Shown here: positions 12,621 to 24,860 of the stretch, one piece after another
Layout: each line of letters begins with the position of its first letter
Position numbering within the stretch: the stretch's first letter is position 1
DNA from: Octopus vulgaris
Taxonomy: Eukaryota
Length of the DNA: 64,000 bases
Assembly (NCBI GenBank): GCA_951406725.2
Contig: OX597815.1
Span: 59,272,001-59,336,000, forward strand
Direction of reading: 5' to 3'
Position numbers and translations under genes: made by a program
The notes under the pieces: generated by a model
The model's input: only the letters and a program-made list of their open reading frames with translations
Databases searched by the model: none
Told to the model about the DNA's origin: nothing

Positions 12621-14849
12621 AAAAACATTATTTATAAATATAAACATTTATATATACTGGCAGGACCCATGGAAATTCCACAGTGTAAGTCAGCACATTT
12701 GAAAACATTATATTAGTATATTAAATACAAGCAAGGAGTTTCAAAAACTTCTTTCAGTGTTGCTTATTTACCTCTTTGTAATATCTTTGACAGATATGAT
12801 GTGCTTTATAGTTTAAGGAAATAAAAGATGAATTAAAAAGATGAAACTTATTCATATATATTAAATGTTTATTTTTTACAATTTTGTTAAATGTCTCCCA
12901 ATGCGTCATTTATTGTCAGAGTAGGACAGCCTTACAAGGAACTGACTCTTTGTGAAATGAAATGAAAGCTGGGGTCATTTCGGGCAAAGTATTGGGAAGC
13001 ACATTCTTTCTTATGCACCGGTTATTGAAGTGGGTCCTACATATAGTACATGTTGATTTTTTGAAGAATAATCCTTTTCATTCTTTCACTTTTTAGCTAA
13101 TGTCATCTATCATTGTTTACACTTTATAAATGAATGTTTCAATCGAACAGGCAATAATTAATTGCATTAAAGCACAAGCTTTAAGTGAGGAAATTTAAAA
13201 AACTGAAAATATGGAAACAAACTTCACTGTTTACCTTTCAACCCCCAACAAGACTCAGTCCTAGTTATTTGCCAGTACAGAATATTTTCATTTCTTTTCA
13301 TTTCACTTCAGTTCTGCAATCTATCTATTTGTATATCAATTAATATATCACTATTTGCATAACTTTTGATATATTGGTAGGCCTACCTACCTACCTAACC
13401 ACATTTCTGCCTGCCTACCTCTGTCTACGTAATTATCATATCTACTTTCCCTTCTGCCAATGTGTGTATCTGCTTACTTTCATAATACCGATAAACATTT
13501 AAACCTAATCACAAAATTAAATGAATAACAGCATTGCCCCAGCATGACCATGTTTGGAACATGTAAAAGATAAAAGTGTAACTTCCATAGCTATTTGCTA
13601 AGTTTATTTCACTTCAATTTAATTTATTGATATGCCTTTTAAAGCGTAAATATGTAGATCTTCATGACATTGTTTCATTATGATTAAACATTTTGATCAC
13701 ACTTCCATTTTTAATAAACAAATGCAGAATAATATAGACCTTCTACCTCCCCTTCACTCTCCCTGTATAGACCTCTCGCCCACTCTCTCTCTCAGTTTCA
13801 TATTTTTTCACTGATTCAAATTTTCCCTCTTTGTTTTCTTTTTCTTTGTTGCTGTCTTTTCTCCTCATCCTCTCTCTTTCTATATAAACATTTGTTCATT
13901 CAAGTTATAACTTCCCTTGATGATGTACATGTAATACATGGAAAAGACAGACAAGAACAAGCAGAATTATATTTTATATATATATACACACACACATAAA
14001 AATACAAAAATGGTACAAGAACGCAAAACATCCCGACAGACGATACAAAGAAACCAAAAGCAGGTTATTCAGAGTTTTCTATCCTCAGTCGAGTTCCAGA
14101 TTATCTTTGCAATTTCAGCTGGTTATACTCAAGATTGCTTCAATCTGACCAGACACACACACACACACACACACATATATAGATATATATATACACTCAC
14201 ATATATATGTATATATACTGCTTCTGGTTTTGCTGTGTAAAGACATGCTTTTTTGTGCTCCTGAAACAACCAAGAAGGATTCCCTTAATCAATGAAAAAA
14301 GCTACTAAAACTGACAAAAAACATTGTACTTGTTCTTTCATAATGGTCCACTATAATATATCGGTAAAAAAAGGAATATATTACACTAAAAGTTTAATAT
14401 ACTACATTAAAGTCAGTGACGTAAGCCAGAGTTATTCTCGAAGAAAGTGCATGGTGATAAATTATAATTTCATTTGTGCCTGCATGTAAGAATAAAACAT
14501 TTTTTGAAACAAAACTTCTTCCTACAAGAACAAGGATTGGAATTTTACCTCTTGGAAATAAGTATCCTACTCATTTTGTTTATTTCTTTTATCTTTGGTA
14601 ATACTGGATGAGACATTGCTTGTTTACATTCTGAGTATTTACGGTAGCGAATTTGTTATGAAACATTTTCTCTCTATCACTATATTTTTTCATTCAACTT
14701 TTTGTTACAGCGACCTTTTCATTTTACATTCTATTTGAAAAATTTACGGTAGCAAATTCATTATGAAACCACTTTCTTTTTTGACTATTGTTTTTTTCAC
14801 TCCATCAATTTTTACAGTGCCCATCTAAATTTATACCTTTTATTTTTCT

Positions 14850-15445
14850 CTTTCCTTTATATCTTCATTACTTGCTCCCCTCTCTCTTTCATACCTACCT
14901 CTTCCTCTCTCCTTCTCTTACATATCTTCCTCCCTTTTCTGCTTCTCTCTCCTTCCCTTTATCTTCTCTTTGCACTTACCTCTCTCCCTCTCACTTCCAT
15001 ATCTTCCTCTTTTTCTCATCTCTCCCTCTCTTTCATATCTTCCTCCTTTTCTCACTTCTCTTTCCCTTCCTTTGTCTCTCTCTACATCTACTTCTCCCCC
15101 TGTCACCTCACCCTCTCCCTCATATAGTTCTCATTTCCCCCTCTCCTCACTCCGTCTCCTTTTCTCTCACATCCTTCATTCTCTCCTCTCTTCCTCACTG
15201 TCTTTCTTTCTCTTCCCCTCCTCTCCCTCACTCTGTGTCTCCTTTCCCCTCCTCTCCCTCACTCTGTGTCTCCTTTCCCCTCCTCTCCATCCCTCTGTCT
15301 CACTATCACTCCACACCCCCTTTCTGTTTCTTCATATCACTCTCTCTCTTTCCTTCATATCCTCTCTTTCCCTGTTCCTCCCTCTATCTTTCTTCCCTAC
15401 CTCTCTCTGTCTCTCTCACTTCCTCTTTATCCTTTCCTCCCCTAC
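14850..15445. repeat. Polypyrimidine (CT-rich) low-complexity tract
   Basis: About 600 bp almost entirely C/T on the + strand. Confidence 0.9.
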
Positions 15446-15459
15446 TGGGCTTAGAAAAT

Positions 15460-16322
15460 GAAGATGGCACCAAAGTAGGAAAGCAAAGAATTGAATCTTC
15501 TGTTGCAAGCATGGATGGTTGCTAGCGGCAATCCGCCAAACAACATCATCACTGCTGCACTGAAGAACAATGCCTTCTGTAGAACCATTGATCAGATAGA
15601 GTGGAAGAAAAATGAATTCATCTGATCCTATGTCCTTATTATACCATACATTGAGATTCTTGATGTCATCATGGAAAACTACTGTGGCGAGGCTAATAAG
15701 GATAGGGAAAACAAAACAAAAACCAGAAATCTCTTTGATCCAGTGGTTCCTCTAAAGAATGGATCTCCCACCCCTCTGAATGACCTGGCTGATATGGATA
15801 GGGAAGCTAAGGAAGCAGCCACCAGAAGCCTCTCTGCACAAAGGAACAGAGTCCTCACTCCATTCGACAACCAGAGGAATGCAAATGCTATCACAAGAAA
15901 AGGAAGGAAAGAACACGAGCTCAAACATAAAGAAGGAAGGGGAGAAAAAGGAAAAGGAAAACATGAAATAACTAAAACCGAAACCCCAAACCATAAACAA
16001 AAAACATAACTCGAATATGGAGACTCCAATGGAATCCAAAACCCTAGAGGTGAGAAGAAATTTGGGGGAACTTTGCCCACCACTGTGCAAGACCACCACA
16101 ATTAACAGACACACAGTGGCCTCCCCTAATGCCTGCACAGTCGTCACGCTAATATTTTTACTAAATATTGGGGGCCTGTTGCATTATAACGACAAAAGCA
16201 AAATTTTTTTCCCGAGAGACCTTGCTGCATGCAATCAAGCCCTACGCATAGCATCCAAAACTGAATATAAAACTTACAGGGTACACTGGTCCCCAGGGAA
16301 TTACAATCCCAGAGCCTAAATC
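15460..16322 (+). mobile_element. Internally deleted relic of the CR1/L2-group LINE family seen at 21.8-26.5 kb
   Basis: LLNIGGLLHYNDKSKIFFPRDLAACNQALRIA aligns with the APE start LLNIRGLQTLSNRTKIPFLRDFVACNQALCIA and is fused directly to YTGPQGITIPEPKS (post-RT, cf. YTGPGGIAIPEAQS); ORF1-like basic region upstream. Confidence 0.75.
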
Positions 16323-17110
16323 ATACTTAGCTTATATATAAAACAGTATGGGTATCTTCACAACTTAAAATTAAATTGCTTTGATTAAAATTGAATTGAA
16401 AAATAGTTAATTTGTTCTTTCGCCTCAGTGCTAAATCTTCTTGATAACCCTAGATTTTAACTTTATACAATATGGCTATATTGCTTTTAATAGTTTTAGT
16501 AATTACTTTATTTATCCCTTTCTTAAAGTGTTCCACCCTCCTGATCTTAGTATTTATATTGGCCTTTATACAAGTAGCCCTTCCAATTAAGTACCCCTAA
16601 GAAACTGTAATATCATGTATGGATTAACACTGATAACATTTAAAACGTATATTATACCTTTTAATTTAAAAGTAGTATATAATTAGTATGTCCTATAACA
16701 TCAATATTCTTTTAACTAATACCGGGTATCAGTCTTGATTGAAATAAGCTAAATAAGTTAATAAACGACATTTAGTTCATAATAATTAAATTATTACACA
16801 TTTTCTATAAATCTTCTCTATTGATGTTAATAAAGTATATATACTTTATTATAGTTTTAGTAATTAGGATTTCTTTATTCCTTTTCTATGATGCTCCACC
16901 CTACCTGATCATTTTATTATTTTATAATAACCTTTAATAAATCGAATTTTTGTACCCCTATAAATTCATACTTAGTTTATATAAAACAATACCGGTATCT
17001 CCACAACTTAAAATAATTTAATTTAATTAAATTAGTATATAGTTAACATGTTCTTTAGCCTCAATACACCTTTATTAAATATCAGTAAAATCCTATTGAT
17101 CAATCTCCAT
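16320..17110. repeat. Diverged AT-rich tandem repeat, unit about 365-375 bp, 2+ copies
   Basis: Recurring anchors ggtatc (about 16350, 16725, 16995), taaatcttct (16432, 16808), ccaccct..ctgatc (16533, 16895), gtacccct (16591, 16952); 16320-16430 resembles 16962-17070. Confidence 0.55.
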
Positions 17111-17334
17111 AGATAACATCTAATAAGTTAATATTTAGATAAATAATTTGTATAAATATTAGACTATCTCTATGTAATTTCTTTTCCTCCCTCTATTGTA
17201 AAATTTGGTATATACTCAAAAAGTATTCAAAGAAATTTTATCCTTTTGTTATCATATCATTCTATATATAGCACAGCATATATAGGATAAAATCCTTACA
17301 GAGCAGAAAAATCTGTCAGCAACCAGCCATGATT

Positions 17335-17448
17335 TTGTTTGGCCCAAGGCTATTGTAGATAACACTTACCCAAGGTGCCATGCAGTGGGACTGAACCCAG
17401 AACCATGTGGTTGGGAAGCAAGCTTCTTACTACACAGCCATGCCTGCA
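17335..17448 (-). mobile_element. tRNA-SINE 5' half
   Basis: Reverse complement of the SINE head at 6343. Confidence 0.85.
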
Positions 17449-17614
17449 CACACACATATATATATATACATAGAGTCAATGGAGCAGGTAGCATCCCATG
17501 AGGTCACTAATTTTGACTGAGTTGCTCGCCTTCATTGTTATGTCAAAATAGTTGTGGGTGTCCTTGTGGGCCCAAAGTTTACTGTTGTTCAACAGTCTGT
17601 CAGGACAATGTGAA

Positions 17615-18922
17615 TGTGGGTTGGTAAAATAGTACATAGCGTTTTTTCAATTGGTGATGTTTAATCACATGATTTGTTTTATCATGTGATAGAAGTATAT
17701 AACATATATATTTTTTTTTTTCTGGAAGGGTAGACCTCAATGCATGTTTCTATTTGGAGTTTTGCGTGCATTATTTACATCTACTGTTCTTACAATAGAA
17801 TTGGAAGTGAAGAAAAATGAAATACATTTTCATTGTTTAATGTTTTTTTTATTTCTGGAAAGGCAAAAATGTTGCACAGATGGTGTCATAGCTGAAAGTA
17901 CTACTCATAAGTGGTTCGCTATAACACTCTATAACACAAGGGCATTGTGTATTACAAGCTACTTCCATAAAATCAGACTAATATTATTCCCAATTAGACC
18001 AATTAAAGGAGGTTATTGATGAAAACGTTTGACCTGGAAGATCGTGATCATTCCAGCAGGCCTACAATTGTTGATAATGAACAAATTGAGACTTTAATAT
18101 AAAATAGTTTATGTCATACATCGCAGAGACTCCCCCTATATCTCATGTGAGTGTTATTAAGCATTTAAAAACAGTTACACAAATTGCTATGATGTTTAGG
18201 TGCTTCATAACTTAACAGAAAAAAACTTAATAAAGCACACTTCCAACTGTGATCCTCTGCTCAGACGAAACAAAAATTATCCATTTTTGAAAAAAATAGT
18301 CACATTCTGAGAAGTAGATTATTTACAACAACATAAAATGAAAAAGGTCATGGGAAAAATGAGATAACTACCTTCAGTCTCTCCAAAAACTGGTCTGTAT
18401 TCAAAGAAGGCAACGCTCTGTATCTGGTGGGATTTGAAGGGCATTGTGTATTACAAGCTACTTCTATAAAATCAGACACTAAATTCAGACTAATATTATT
18501 CCCAATTAGACCAATTAAAGTTAAGCAAATTTATTGATGAAATATTGATGAAAAACATCCAGAATTGGCCAAGCAAAAGGGTGTCATCTTACATCAGGAC
18601 AACGCTAGACCACATGTTTCTTTGAATGGGATGTCCTACCCCAGCCACCATACTCATCTGACCTTGTGCCTTCAAATTATCATTTATTCCAATCCCTGCT
18701 AAATTTGCTTAACTTTAATTCTTTAAAAGAATTTAAAAACTACTTCAACCAGTTCCTAAGCTAAAATGATGCCAAATTCTGGGAGAATGGGATCATGAAG
18801 CTGCCTCAAAGATGTGAAAAGGTAGTGGAACAAAACAGGAAATATGTGGTTGAGTAAAGGTATGTATAACCGTCTAAATATTATAGAATTTTACTTAGAA
18901 AATACTACAAACATTTCTACTG

Positions 18923-18931
<9 letters not shown>
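17615..18931 (+). mobile_element. Degenerate mariner DNA transposon (transposase pseudogene)
   Basis: Remnants of WVPHxL (18195-18215), IVTxDEKW (18297-18320), HQDNARPH (18592-18615), PPYSSDLVPSNYHLF (18645-18690); TIR-like ends, right end abutting (TA)n; segment 18438-18520 duplicated at 17940-18010. Confidence 0.85.
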
Positions 18932-18961
<30 letters not shown>

Positions 18962-18964
<3 letters not shown>

Positions 18965-21363
18965 CTTAAGACTACATGGATGCACCCTGCATCTAAAGAA
19001 TGGCATATTCTGGATTACATCCTAGTTACGGTGTGTGACAGACAGGATGTGCAGTGTGTTCGCGTTCTTCGTGGAGCTGAGTGTTGGACTGACCACCGCC
19101 TAGTACGCAAAAGTGAAATTAGTCACAAAACATAAAATCCGAGCTGCAGGGATTACCCTGCCTAAAAGACTGAATGTTGATCATCTTAGGTATAATAGCA
19201 TGAAGAGAACTTTACGAGAGGAAATGAATGCTGCAGATATTGGGGAGGATTGGCTAACCCTCAACAAATCAGTTTATGATATAGGCAAGAAACTTCTGGG
19301 ATTGATACAAAGAAAGCATCAAGATTAGTTTAAGGAAAATGATGAACATATAGATGTTTTATTGGCTGATAAAAGACGTACTTTGTCACGCTATTTGTCA
19401 GCAAAGCAACAAGAAAGGAAGTGTTGCATAGGGAACTCAAGGATGTAAAATCACGTGTGAGGCAAAGGCTCTCTCAGATGAGGGATACGTGGTGGAGTAA
19501 GAAGGCTGATGAGATACAAGCGGCATCAGATTCCAATAACACAAAGCTGTTGTATGGTCTCTAGCAAGAAGTTTATGGACCGACATCTTCCCTGATGACA
19601 CCACTTCGAAGCAGAGATGGTAAAGAACTTCGTGATTCACAAGGAATTCTGCGAAGGTGGCAAGAACACTTTGATGAACTTTTGAATCAGCAGTCTTTTC
19701 AGTTAGACAGCTTCAGGAAAAGTGTGTGGAACAGGGTCTGGATTTGTATCAGGTTTTTGTCGATCTGACAAAAGCCTTTGATACCGTCAATAGAACAGCA
19801 TTGTGGAAAGTCCTCCAGAAACTTGGGCATCCTGAAAAGTTCCTTGCTTTGGTTAGGTCTTTTCATGAAGACATGAATGGTAGGGTGAATGTTAGAAGGA
19901 AAATGTCAGAGCCCATTTCAATACAAAATGGAGTGAAATAGGGGGATATTCTGGCACCGACCCTATTTTCCATATATTTCGTGATGGTGCTCTGTATTGC
20001 ATTCAGAAACTGTGGATATGGTGTTTACATCCATTATCGAACCTCTGGCAGCATATCAGTCGCCTTGCTGCAAAAACAAAGGTTTTTACCTCTATCATAA
20101 GAGACCTTTTGTATGCAGATGATTGTGAGCTAGTAGCACACACAGAGATTGATATGCAACACATTTTGAATGCATTCTCTGATGTTTGCACTGCCTTAGG
20201 ATTGACACTCAATCTCAAAAAAACTGTTGTCATGCATCAACCTGCCCCTGGTAAGCAGTATAGTGTACCAAATATCTATGTGTATGGTAAACAACTTGAT
20301 GTATTTGATCAGTTTGTCTACCTGGGAAGCACTATTAATAGATATAGCAATTTGGACGATGAAATTCCATATAGAATTAGGAAAGCAAGTGTTGCTTTCG
20401 GAAGGCTAGAAAAACGCCTCTGGAGTCAGCAAGACATATGTAGAAAGACAAAGATAAAGGTGTACAAGGCATGTGTACTCCCTTCTCTTCTCTATGCCTG
20501 CGAGACGTGGGTCACATATCGATACCACCTTAAACAACTGGAACGTTTCCATCAGATGTGCCTCAGACGGATCTATGACATTAAGTGGAAGGACCGCATC
20601 AGTGATCTTGAAATATTGGAAGGCTCTTGGTGTGAAAGTATAGAAGCTTTTGGGTTAAAGCAAAGGCTCAGATGCAGTGGTCATCTGGTCAGAATGAAGG
20701 ATTCAAGCATGCCATAACAACTCTTTTATGGAGAGTTAGCTAAAGGAGAACGACCTCCACATAAACCAAAAAAGAGGTATAAGGACTTGCTGAAAGCTTC
20801 CTTAAGAGATGCTTGCATCTCTCCTGACACATGGGAAGGCATAGCTATTGATTGTAGCAGGTGGAGAAGGATTGTGCATGAGGGGACAGCCACTTTTGAG
20901 AAATCTCGAGTTGCACATGAGAAAGTAAGGAGGGATGTCAGGAAGGGCATCGCTGTTACACTTCCCGAAGGGAGGGGGTCTTCCTTTGATGCTGACATGC
21001 AATGTCTGTGTAAGACCCTGCCTCAGCAAAGCTGGACTCAAGAGTCATCTTTGTAGTCATAAAACAAGACAGATGAGTGACAACCTGGCCACTGGTGGTG
21101 GTGTAACACACCATACTAATCATATCTGTCAGGCATGTGGAAGAGAGTGTAATTCGGCAGGAGGGCTTAAACGACATGCAAAGGTACATGAAGCCCAGTT
21201 ACAACTACAGCCGGCTATTACCAGTAAAGGTTTTAGTTGCCAATTCTGTACAAGACATTGTAGATCTTTAGCTGGGCTAAAAAGTCACATTCGATCACAG
21301 CACCAGTAACAGTTAAGCTTCGCGCAATAGCCATACTCGATAACGAGGGAGCAGTCATAATAA
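18962..21363 (+). mobile_element. 5'-truncated RTE (BovB-like) LINE with three C-terminal C2H2 zinc fingers
   Basis: APE end (WMHP..WHILDYIL..CWTDHRLV), FVDLTKAFDTVNR, GVK*GDILAPTLF, LYADD, FVYLGS, LLYACETW; CxxC-x12-HxxxH fingers at about 20998-21303; internal deletion near 19697; (TAA) tail into (TA)n. Confidence 0.92.
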
Positions 21364-21409
21364 TATATATATATATATATATATTATTATGACTGCCCCC
21401 TCGTTATTA

Positions 21410-21742
21410 ATGTATTTAATTATTGATTAAACCTCACCAAGTTAAATATTTCAATCACCTGAAGAATGACTGTAACTCGAATTTTATGAATTGGACAGCC
21501 ATGAAATGATCGTAGTGTTATACTAATTATCTTTTTTTAATAATTTTGATATATATTTAAAATAATATAAATTAATTAATCTTATGTATTGGCTTAAGTT
21601 TTTCATTGTATGATTTGCCTAATAGTGGTTTTATCTCTAATTTAATATAATATAATATTTTACTATAAAATTAGATTCAATCCTAAATCTGATTTTTCCC
21701 TGTAAGTTTGGATTTATTCCCTAATATTTTATTATTTATTTA

Positions 21743-21745
<3 letters not shown>
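21410..21745 (+). mobile_element. Non-coding Penelope pLTR-type element carrying a hammerhead
   Basis: 3' part (gtattggcttaagt..gatttgcctaatagtggttt..aatcctaaatctgatttttccctgta..ggatttattccctaatatt) is highly similar to 57390-57540. Confidence 0.8.
21454..21519 (+). ncRNA. Type I hammerhead ribozyme motif
   Basis: AUCAC-CUGAAGA(21459-65)-AUGACUGU...ACAGCCAU-GAAA(21503-06)-UGAUCG-UA-GUGUU; core intact, stem I CAC/GUG. Confidence 0.78.
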
Positions 21746-21790
<45 letters not shown>

Positions 21791-21881
21791 TATATATATA
21801 TGATTGATTGATTCTAGTTTCAGCTTATGAGCTGTGGCCATGCTGGGGCACCGCCATTTGGTGTTGCTACTTGGTTTCACT

Positions 21882-24071
21882 TCATGGAGGCTTTCTAGCA
21901 ACTGCTATTTGGTGCATGAGAGAGTTCGATGCAGCTGCCCTCATCTGCCCCTCCTGCCGTGAAGTTGGTTCATCTGGGACACCTGACAGGAAGAGATCCA
22001 GCTTCATTTTAAAGACATCTGTATCCACCCCATGCAGGTCTCTCAGGTTCTTCGGGAGGATATTGAAGAGCTGTGGGCCTCGGAAGCCCAGGCTATCACA
22101 GAATCTTGTCCTACATCTTGATGGCAGGTTTGGAGTCCTAGGCACCACGCAGTGGCGTCCAGTTCTGGCATTTGCGTAACTCTCGATGCCAAAGTTCAGG
22201 ACACTTCCCTCCAGGATCTTCCAGATGTATATTATGGCATATCTTTCCCGCCTACGCTCCAGGGAATATAATTTTAATCTCTTGAGTCTTTCCCAGTAGC
22301 TTACATTCTGCATAGAGGCTATCTTCTTCGTGTAGCTTCGTTGGATCGCCTCAAGTTCTGTGATCAACTTGACACTGGATGGTGACCATAGCTGAGAGCA
22401 ATAGTCAAAGTGGCTTAGGACAAGTGTCTTCCAGAGGACCATCATGGTTTCTTGTTCTCTTGTTCTAAAGGTTCTAAGAATCCATCCAGCCAGCCGTCTA
22501 CATTTCATTGTCAGTTTAGCAACATGTACATGAAAGGTCGCGTCATCACTCATGTGAATACCCAGGTCACGCACTGATTGTGCCTCTGGGATTGCAATCC
22601 CTCCGGGTCCAGTGTATTCATTGGGTATTGCATTCAGTTTTGCATGCTGATAGTATAAAGCTTGAAACTTTCCAGCATTGAACTGCATGCTATTCTTTTC
22701 AGCCCACTTGTATATTTCGTCCAGCTCACATTGCAGGTGTTTAGTGTCCTCAGGGTTCTGTATTGCCTGTGAAACTTTTGTATCATCTGCATAACTTGTG
22801 ATCGTGGCTCTCTGCGTGGCTGAGGGCATGTCTGAGAGGGCCATTATGAACAGTAGTGGTCCCAGAACAGTGCCCTGCGGAACACCGCTCACTATTTGTG
22901 TGTTAATGGAGGTGGCCCCATTGGCTACTACCACCTGACTTCTATCCTTCAGAAAGTCATGAAGCCATTCTCCCAGTTTTCCAACTATGTTGAGATCACG
23001 CAGTTTGTGACATATCATTCCATGATCGACTTTATCAAAGGCCTTTGCAAAGTCGAGATATATCACTTCCACATTTGAGTGGTTGAGCAGCCGTTTCAGC
23101 ACCCAGTCATAGTGTTGTAGGAGCTGAGTTAAACAGCTTCTCCCTGGTCGGAAACCATGTTGGGTGTCGGGCAGCAAGTCATTCTCTTCAAGGAAGATGA
23201 TCAGCTTCCTTCTGACTATTCGTTCCATGACCTTGCTGATGTGTGAGGTCAGAGAGATAGGTCTATAGTTCTTGGCTTCCGCTCTGCTACCTCCTTTATG
23301 AATGGGGCATATTTTACCTTCCTTCAGTTTTCCTGGAAGTTTGCCAGCTGCAAGGAAGCTCTGAAAGAGGAACTGCAGTGGTCTTGCTAGGACTCTCTTA
23401 CATGCTTTTAGGAGGATTGCCGGGAATCCATCGGGGCCAGTAGCTGAGTCTGTTTTCATTTCATCTATAGCCTTGGTTACATCGTCTTCCTTTATATCGA
23501 TGTAATCTATCGTCACCGCCTCTGATTTTATATCTGCAGTGGTAAAAAAGTCAGTTGGATTGGTGATTTGGAGATGCCCAAGGGGTGGAGTGAAAACACT
23601 CTTGAATTGCTCATTCAGTATTTCACTTACCCTCACTGGTTTTCCTGTAAGTGTGCCATCCTTTTCGAGGAGTGGCCCTATTCTACAGTGCACTGTAGCT
23701 GTTTCTTTGGCATACCTGTAGAAAGCTCTGGGGTTAGATTTTATGTTTTCTATAGCCCAGGCTTCTTTGTCTGCTCTTTCTTTTTCATGGGAGAATTGCA
23801 GACATTTTTCGATTTCCAACAGTTTTATTTTTAGGCGGGACTTTTCACTGCTTTCAATCTGTTTGTTTAGGCGATTTGAAAATTTCGTACGCCGTCTCAT
23901 TAAAATTTTCCTCTCTCTGGGGATTTTGTTCTTGTGTACAGTGGCCTTTCTCTCTGGGACACATTTGTAGCATATGGCTTGCATTACAGACATGAATTGT
24001 TGAAGTTTCATGTCGATGTCTGGCGAGGAGAGACATTTAGGCCAGTTTTTGTTTGAGGATCTCTTTCTCAA
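21882..24071 (-). CDS. LINE ORF2 reverse transcriptase portion (729 aa open)
   Basis: [57 protein letters not shown]; disconnected from the APE by frameshifts. Confidence 0.93.
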   Translation of the reverse strand: MRKRSSNKNWPKCLSSPDIDMKLQQFMSVMQAICYKCVPERKATVHKNKIPRERKILMRRRTKFSNRLNKQIESSEKSRLKIKLLEIEKCLQFSHEKERADKEAWAIENIKSNPRAFYRYAKETATVHCRIGPLLEKDGTLTGKPVRVSEILNEQFKSVFTPPLGHLQITNPTDFFTTADIKSEAVTIDYIDIKEDDVTKAIDEMKTDSATGPDGFPAILLKACKRVLARPLQFLFQSFLAAGKLPGKLKEGKICPIHKGGSRAEAKNYRPISLTSHISKVMERIVRRKLIIFLEENDLLPDTQHGFRPGRSCLTQLLQHYDWVLKRLLNHSNVEVIYLDFAKAFDKVDHGMICHKLRDLNIVGKLGEWLHDFLKDRSQVVVANGATSINTQIVSGVPQGTVLGPLLFIMALSDMPSATQRATITSYADDTKVSQAIQNPEDTKHLQCELDEIYKWAEKNSMQFNAGKFQALYYQHAKLNAIPNEYTGPGGIAIPEAQSVRDLGIHMSDDATFHVHVAKLTMKCRRLAGWILRTFRTREQETMMVLWKTLVLSHFDYCSQLWSPSSVKLITELEAIQRSYTKKIASMQNVSYWERLKRLKLYSLERRRERYAIIYIWKILEGSVLNFGIESYANARTGRHCVVPRTPNLPSRCRTRFCDSLGFRGPQLFNILPKNLRDLHGVDTDVFKMKLDLFLSGVPDEPTSRQEGQMRAAASNSLMHQIAVARKPP

Positions 24072-24346
24072 TTTGTTTCCAGTTTGCCTTATGGTAGTTC
24101 AAGCTGGAAAGATTTTGAGGGTTTCTTGTAGGCTGCATGTCCGTGCTCTCTTTTGGCCCGTACATGGTCAGCTATATCATATTGTGATCCGAGAGTAGTG
24201 TCGGTGTCACTTTCACATTATGGATGAGATCCATGTCATTTGTGAAGCAGAGATCCAGTGTGTTACCTGCCCTGGTTGGTTGGAGTATTACCTGCTCCAT
24301 GTACAGGGTGTTGATGAGGTTCAGGAGGGACCTCGCCTGTCCTCGT

Positions 24347-24860
24347 TCACATCTTGTCATTCCTGGGCCATCTGACATTGGGCAGATTGAAGTCTCCCAT
24401 AAGAAGCACACCTATGTGTTGTTCTAATGTGGTTAGAATTTCTTCTATTTTTATAAGGCAGTCTTCAAACTTGCCCACATGGCTTGGGGCATCTGGAGGG
24501 CGATATGTAGCACACACAACTACATCAAGTTGCCTAATATGTACAATTAGTGTGTCACACACCGAGTTTGAGTATGACAAAAGGACCTGGGGTGTGAGGT
24601 CCTCACGGATGTACATAGCAACACCTCCATGACTCCTTTCTTTCCTGTCGGTCCGTAGTACAGCATACTGTGGTATGTGTAACTCCGCATCTGCTATGTC
24701 CGGTTTCAGGTGCGTTTCCGTAAGTGCTATGCATAAGGCTTGATTGCATGCAACAAAGTCTCTCAGGAACGGGATCTTTGTCCTGTTACTGAGTGTTTGC
24801 AGTCCTCTGATGTTCAGTAGGAGCATCGAGGTGAGGTGTACGTTGTTGCCGGCGGTGTCC
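24347..24860 (-). pseudogene. LINE apurinic-like endonuclease domain, copy 1
   Basis: LNIRGL, ALTETHL, RTDR..GGVAMY, YRPP, GDFNLP; after a frameshift LDLCFTN..LSDH. Confidence 0.9.

Noticed and set aside
13915-13955. TTGATGA-hairpin-GAAA motif
   Set aside because: Stem II out of register with GAAA, and no stem I or III
14000-14150. Repeat family (also 31788-31915) containing CTGAGGA/CTGAAGA
   Set aside because: Probably a mobile-element end, but followed by GAAT rather than GAAA and lacking convincing stems, so not called a ribozyme
14788-15525. 245-aa Leu/Ser/Pro/Phe-rich ORF
   Set aside because: Product of a CT-rich low-complexity tract
16320-17200. Possible mitochondrial insertion (AT-rich)
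   Set aside because: No recognisable rRNA, tRNA or OXPHOS motifs; internal repetition explains it better
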